A DNA stretch of 52,802 bases. It comes from an uncultured Marinoscillum sp. (lineage in GTDB: Bacteria; Bacteroidota; Bacteroidia; Cytophagales; MED-G16). Each line of letters begins with the position of its first letter. Positions within the stretch are counted from its first letter, which is position 1. Made by a program: the position numbers and the translations under genes. The stretch covers positions 6,988 to 59,789 of the forward strand of contig CAZYIL010000001.1 in assembly GCA_964646945.1 (NCBI GenBank). Direction: 5' to 3'. The notes under the pieces are model-generated. The model was not told where the DNA came from. It saw nothing but the letters and a program-made list of their open reading frames with translations, and did no database searches. Positions 48,419 to 52,802 of this stretch are shown piece after piece.

Positions 48419-49015
48419 TTATTCGAAAGTTCTCAAACCTTCATTAGGTTGATAATGATACATAAATGAATAATATTGAGATTTGTTGGTGCTTATCTCA
48501 TCTATTATCTCATAATAACTATAAATTATCATTTTAGCATACTTCCCATCATGTGTTTTAATGATCAGTACTTTATTTCCCATAGGAGAGATTAGATTTT
48601 TAAAGGGGTCGTATATATACCATCCTTTTTCACTTCCTCTAGGAATAGCGGTGTCGCTTTGTGAATCTTGTTGAAATAAACTTTCATCAGGAGCTTCTTT
48701 AGTACCTTGATAAGATCCTGTTGCTATATGGGCAGCACCAATTCCAGTTCGTTCGGGCTCTTCAGACCCGCTTTTAAATCCCCCATTGATTAGAATATCT
48801 GTTCCTCTAAATGCTAAATCCCAATCATCTCCTGATACTGTGTCTTGCTTAGAAAAACTAAACTTAACATATTTACCAGCTGGAGGCTCATCTTCTGCTG
48901 AAGTCGTGGGAGCATGTAAATTATCTACAATCATACTAAAAACTGCCAATAAAACTTTATCTTCTTTGCATGCAAACAAAAAAATTATAATTGATAAAAC
49001 GGATATGTTTTTCAT
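48419..49015 (-). CDS. HmuY-like lipoprotein (heme-binding hemophore family fold)
   Basis: Lipobox LFAC. WDLAFRGTDILINGG ... GWYIYDP ... VLIIKTHDGKYAKMIIYSYY ... YSFMYHYQ follows the HmuY-domain pattern. The ATG at 49015 is preferred over the longer ORF. Confidence 0.6.
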   Translation of the reverse strand: MKNISVLSIIIFLFACKEDKVLLAVFSMIVDNLHAPTTSAEDEPPAGKYVKFSFSKQDTVSGDDWDLAFRGTDILINGGFKSGSEEPERTGIGAAHIATGSYQGTKEAPDESLFQQDSQSDTAIPRGSEKGWYIYDPFKNLISPMGNKVLIIKTHDGKYAKMIIYSYYEIIDEISTNKSQYYSFMYHYQPNEGLRTFE

Positions 49016-49211
49016 GATTTTTGTCTTAAAAATTATTTGTTTAGAATAATTCCAAATAATAATCAAAAAATTAATTTAACTTTTATATATAATTTTTTGC
49101 CTGGTAAATTACTGATGTTTTCAACATCTTTCTAGTTGAATAAATGTAAACACCAAGCTAAATTTTATAATGGTTATATATTTCTTTGAGTAATGATAAA
49201 TTAATTAGAAG

Positions 49212-49460
49212 TTAATCACTAATAAAAGTATCAGAATCTATTCCTTGCATTTGAATACCTTTACTACCAATAAAATTAGTTATAGTAATTAACCCAGTAT
49301 TTTCATTTACTATTTCTCTAAGCTTAGAATATCCAGACAACACAATTACATTTTTTTTAATTATTGTTGTAGGTAAATGGATTGAAGTTAATTGTTTTTC
49401 CGTTTTGGATTTAGATAAAATCACAGGTTCTAATTCATATGTTTTGAAGGTATTAATATT
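49212..49460 (-). pseudogene. N-terminal plug-domain remnant (~80 codons) of a TonB-dependent receptor
   Basis: The open frame ...YELEPVILSKSKTEKQLTSIHLPTTIIKKNVIVLSGYSKLREIVNENTGLITITNFIGSKGIQMQGIDSDTFISD* matches the TBDR plug pattern (L.EV.V...R.E..L..V...V.VI....I...G...L.D.L....G ... .G.......DG) and then stops. No signal peptide or barrel is attached. Confidence 0.5.
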
Positions 49461-49590
49461 TTATGTCATACTAGTGCTACTTTAAAAAATAAAAAATATA
49501 AGAACAAGGGGATAAGCAAAATTATTTGTTTTCATTAGGCTTATATCATTATAGAAAAAATTTGATTAATTTGTTTTAAAAAATTTTAAT

Positions 49591-50307
49591 ATGAATATAA
49601 TAAATTTAATTTCTGGTCCAAGAAATTTATCTACGGCTTTGATGTATTCTTTTGCACAAAGACCAGATACGATTGTAATAGATGAACCTTTTTATGCTCA
49701 TTATCTTATAAGCACTAACATTGATCATCCATCTAGAGAAGAAACCATTAACTCTATGCCGTCAGATATAAATAAAGTTTTAGAGTTCATTGATAGTAAA
49801 AAAAATTATGAAATTATTTTTTTAAAAAACATGGCTCATCATCATATAAATATGGATTTGTCTTTATTAAAAAAAATGACAAATTTATTTTTGATAAGAA
49901 ATCCTAAGCAACTGATTGCGTCTTTTGCTCAGGTAATTCCTAATCCAACCATGAACGATATTGGTCTTCAAAAATCATGGAAACTTTTTGAATATGTTTC
50001 TAAAATTCAAAAAAATACGCCAATAGTTTTAGATTCTGCTGAAATACTAAATAATCCAGAAAAATTACTATCAAAGTTATGTGGTTTGCTCAAGATTGAT
50101 TTTTATAAGGAAATGTTATCTTGGCCTAAAGGAGGCATAAAGGAAGATGGAATTTGGGCAAAACATTGGTATAAGAATGTTCATAACACTTCAGGATTTA
50201 CTAGACAGAAAACCAGCAATAGAGAATTACCAAAGAATTGTGAACAACTCTATTTTGATGCATTAAAATATTATGATAAATTGTCATTAAATTCAATTCT
50301 AATTTAG
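49591..50307 (+). CDS. P-loop sulfotransferase-like protein of unknown function
   Basis: 238 aa. The N-terminal ISGPRNLSTALMYSFAQRPD...IDEPFYAHYL is a degenerate P-loop/PAPS-binding-like opening. A later block is FLIRNPKQLIASF. Family identity is recalled, not searched. Confidence 0.55.
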   Translation: MNIINLISGPRNLSTALMYSFAQRPDTIVIDEPFYAHYLISTNIDHPSREETINSMPSDINKVLEFIDSKKNYEIIFLKNMAHHHINMDLSLLKKMTNLFLIRNPKQLIASFAQVIPNPTMNDIGLQKSWKLFEYVSKIQKNTPIVLDSAEILNNPEKLLSKLCGLLKIDFYKEMLSWPKGGIKEDGIWAKHWYKNVHNTSGFTRQKTSNRELPKNCEQLYFDALKYYDKLSLNSILI

Positions 50308-50311
50308 ACAT

Positions 50312-51205
50312 ATGTTACAAGAATTTAATTCAAGAAATAAAGACATTATGATATACGTAGGGAACAGGCTTTACAAAAGAGAAGAAGCAAAAATTTCTGT
50401 TTTTGATAGCACTGTTCAAAATGGAGATGCGGTTTGGGAGGGACTAAGAGTTTATTCTGAAGGTATTGTATGTTTGAATAAACACCTTACTAGATTACAT
50501 GAAGGAGCTAAAGCATTGGCTTATGAAGGGGTTCCTTCAAAAAAAATGATAAAACAAGCAATCAAAGAAACCTTAAAGGCTAATGGAATGAATAATGATA
50601 CTCATATACGATTAACTTTATCTCGTGGAGAAAAAATTACATCAGGGATGGATGCTAGATTAAATCAGAAAGGGTGTTGTTTAATAGTGCTAGCTGAATG
50701 GAAAAAGAAAGTTTATGATCCCTCAAAAGGTATCAAAACAATAAGCACTTCTATTAGAAGAAGTATTCCTCAATTTCTTGACTCCAAAATTCATCATAAT
50801 AATATGTTAAGTTTAGTGATAGCAAAAATTCAAGCAAATATTTCTGGTATGGATGCAGCTATTATGCTTGATGATAGAGGCTTTGTTGCAGAATTGAATG
50901 ACACTAATTTATTTATGATAAAAAATAACGAAGTTTTTACTCCTTACGCTAACGCTTGCCTACCAGGAATTACTAGAGGGACTATAATTTCATTGTTGCA
51001 AGAAAACAATATACCGATTTACGAACGGGATTTATCTTTAACGGAATTTATAAATGCCGATATTGTTTTTGCTACAGGTACTAATGGGGAGATGACTCCA
51101 GTTCATGAAATAGATTCTAGAAAAATTCAAGGTGATGATTCTTTGTTTTTAAAAATCCAGAAACTTTTTGAAAAAAAAATACCAACTCTTTGTGAACCTA
51201 TTTAG
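50312..51205 (+). CDS. Class-IV (fold type IV) PLP aminotransferase, BCAT/D-amino-acid aminotransferase-like
   Basis: VWEGLRVY, HLTRLHEGAKAL, IRLTLSRGE, DSKIHHNNML (PLP-Lys region) and CLPGITRGTII. Starts 4 nt after the previous gene. Confidence 0.8.
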   Translation: MLQEFNSRNKDIMIYVGNRLYKREEAKISVFDSTVQNGDAVWEGLRVYSEGIVCLNKHLTRLHEGAKALAYEGVPSKKMIKQAIKETLKANGMNNDTHIRLTLSRGEKITSGMDARLNQKGCCLIVLAEWKKKVYDPSKGIKTISTSIRRSIPQFLDSKIHHNNMLSLVIAKIQANISGMDAAIMLDDRGFVAELNDTNLFMIKNNEVFTPYANACLPGITRGTIISLLQENNIPIYERDLSLTEFINADIVFATGTNGEMTPVHEIDSRKIQGDDSLFLKIQKLFEKKIPTLCEPI

Positions 51206-51731
51206 TGTTGGTTTTTAGAAAATAATCCCAAATTACTATTCCAATTGATACAGCTACATTAATAGAATGTTTGGTTCCGAATTGGGGAATTTCAAGAGAT
51301 AAATCTGCGTATTTTAAAATATTATCACTAACACCAAACACTTCATTGCCAAAAACAAAACAATATTTTTCATTAATTTCAGGCACAAAGTTATTTAATT
51401 GCAGACTCTTATTTGTTTGTTCAATGAGTATAATCTTCCAGTTTTCTTTTTTGAGTTTTTTAATAACCTCTTGAATATTTTTTTGGTGTTTCCACTCCAC
51501 AGTTTCAGTTGCTCCTAGAGCAGTTTTGTTAATTTCTCTATGTGGAGGTTGTCCTGTAAATCCAGTTAAATATATTTTTTCTATTAAAAAAGCATCAGCT
51601 GTTCTAAAGCAAGAACCAACATTGTTTAAGCTTCTAAGGTTATCTAAAACAATACAAACCTGTAATTTTTTAATGGATTTGAATTTTTTGATAGATAATC
51701 TTTTTAAATCTTCATTTTTTGTTTTTTTCAT
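51198..51731 (-). CDS. SpoU/TrmH-family RNA 2'-O-methyltransferase
   Basis: LDNLRSLNNVGSCFRTADAF, FGNEVFGVS and IPQFGTKHSINVAVSIGIVIWD (the three SPOUT motifs). Confidence 0.85.
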   Translation of the reverse strand: MKKTKNEDLKRLSIKKFKSIKKLQVCIVLDNLRSLNNVGSCFRTADAFLIEKIYLTGFTGQPPHREINKTALGATETVEWKHQKNIQEVIKKLKKENWKIILIEQTNKSLQLNNFVPEINEKYCFVFGNEVFGVSDNILKYADLSLEIPQFGTKHSINVAVSIGIVIWDYFLKTNTK

Positions 51732-51751
51732 TGAATCATAAAGACAAACTA

Positions 51752-52802
51752 TTAATCATATTTGATGATAGATTTGCTATGTTTAGATTTATTACTTACA
51801 AGTTTTAAAAAATATAATCCATTTTCTAAGTGACTGGTATTGTATCTAATGTTGTGTTTGCCACCAGAAAGTTTTTTGTTAATAACTTCTTTTATTATTC
51901 TGCCATTTGTATCAATAATATGTAAAACGACAAGTCCTTCATCAATTTCAAATTCTATGTTAATCCATCTTTTAAATGGGTTAGGATAAACCGTTAATTT
52001 GTTTGAACGCTTGATTTCAGTTTTTGAACCTGTTGTGGCTCCTATAAGAACAGGAACATATTCAAAATTTTCATATAACAGAGCTTTTATGATAGATTCT
52101 TCAACTCCAAACCAATCCATCAGGACTGACCCATATACAGATCTAAAATCATGTTCCCATTCAATATTATCTATCACAGCTAGAGAAGGCATGTTTCCAA
52201 TATATTCTGGGTTTACATACGGGCTAATAAAAAACATAGGGCCCCCTTCTCCATGATCTGTGCCATATGATTTGTTTTGGAAAACTCTTCTTCCAAATTC
52301 AGAATATGTCATAGTTAAAACTTTGTTTTCTAGTCCTCTGCTTATAATATCATTTTGAAATGCTGCGACTGACTCAGAAAGCTTTTTTAAGAGATTAGAG
52401 TGATTACCTTCTTCTGGATTTCCATTGATTACTTGATTATCATGTGTGTCAAACCCACCTATTCTGGCAACATAAATTTTGGTTTTCATACCCCCACCTA
52501 TTAACTGGGCTGTAATTTTAAGTTGTTGAGCCAAATCATGTTCAGGGTAATTTATACTGCTATTTCCTCCTAAATTTGCAGCCAATTCAACTCTGTCCAA
52601 ATAGTCATTTGTAAGTTTTGAAGCCTTTCTAATATATTCAAGCTCATGTCCATATGGTGTTGGCGGAACTGTTCCGTCTCCTTCTTTTATTTCAATAAAA
52701 TTCTCCAAGTTTTTTACGGCAATACCCATGTTAATCATAGGTCCTTGACATGTATTTGAAGTTACTCTCCCAATAGTTATAGCCAAAGGGTCAGGAAATT
52801 CT
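51752..52802 (-). CDS. DUF1501 (sulfatase-fold) protein with C-terminal T9SS sorting domain; N-terminus outside the window
   Basis: IGGFDTHDNQ, YSEFGRRV and YGTDHGEGGP are DUF1501 hallmarks. The last ~80 aa (KLTVYPNPFKRWINIEF...NGLYFLKLVS...) look like a Por/T9SS type-A C-terminal domain. The frame stays open to the window edge. Confidence 0.8.
   Translation of the reverse strand, partial: EFPDPLAITIGRVTSNTCQGPMINMGIAVKNLENFIEIKEGDGTVPPTPYGHELEYIRKASKLTNDYLDRVELAANLGGNSSINYPEHDLAQQLKITAQLIGGGMKTKIYVARIGGFDTHDNQVINGNPEEGNHSNLLKKLSESVAAFQNDIISRGLENKVLTMTYSEFGRRVFQNKSYGTDHGEGGPMFFISPYVNPEYIGNMPSLAVIDNIEWEHDFRSVYGSVLMDWFGVEESIIKALLYENFEYVPVLIGATTGSKTEIKRSNKLTVYPNPFKRWINIEFEIDEGLVVLHIIDTNGRIIKEVINKKLSGGKHNIRYNTSHLENGLYFLKLVSNKSKHSKSIIKYD

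Noticed and set aside
49067-49590. The 524-nt ORF-poor region as a possible ncRNA, tRNA or mobile-element end.
   Set aside because: No cloverleaf-compatible stems, GC-rich helices or terminal inverted repeats are visible. Half of the region is explained by the TBDR plug remnant, and the rest looks like decayed AT-rich sequence.
1-52802. Window-wide search for CRISPR arrays, rRNA/tRNA genes, transposases, integrases, prophage genes or known defence systems.
   Set aside because: There are no regularly spaced direct repeats. No spacer is long enough for structured RNAs other than those discussed. No ORF has recombinase, nuclease-helicase or toxin-antitoxin hallmarks. The window is core chromosome.

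Overview
This is a 52.8-kb, strongly AT-rich and very gene-dense chromosomal segment. The protein families (GldJ-like lipoprotein, T9SS C-terminal sorting domain, HmuY-like, DUF6702, GH3-like), the absence of Shine-Dalgarno sequences and recurring TAnnTTTG boxes upstream of start codons point to a Bacteroidota genome, Flavobacteriia-like and probably streamlined. About 48 protein-coding loci are present. Most are core housekeeping: mnmG, ybeY, mfd, polA, glyA, tatC, rpiB, rbfA, pheA, rluD, radA, mazG, glmM, lptB, map and fumC. They are interleaved with secreted zinc metallopeptidases, an AfuABC-type Fe3+ ABC transporter and a decayed heme/TonB locus. I found no rRNA, tRNA, CRISPR array, transposase, integrase, phage gene or recognisable defence gene, and no convincing new multi-gene accessory system. 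The points most worth a second look are these. (1) A perfect (TAACCC)6 telomere-type microsatellite forms the signal-peptide core of a secreted zincin. (2) Three or four gene lesions are visible: an mfd frameshift in an A-run, an in-frame TAA in the Fe3+ ABC ATPase, and TonB-dependent receptor N- and C-terminal remnants flanking an intact HmuY-like gene. (3) A 947-aa predicted gluzincin/beta-propeller/beta-barrel outer-membrane protein is translationally coupled to a class-V PLP enzyme and follows a secreted amidase. (4) A tightly linked pair of a P-loop sulfotransferase-like gene and a class-IV aminotransferase gene has unknown function. All functional calls come from reading motifs in the supplied translations. 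No database search was run.
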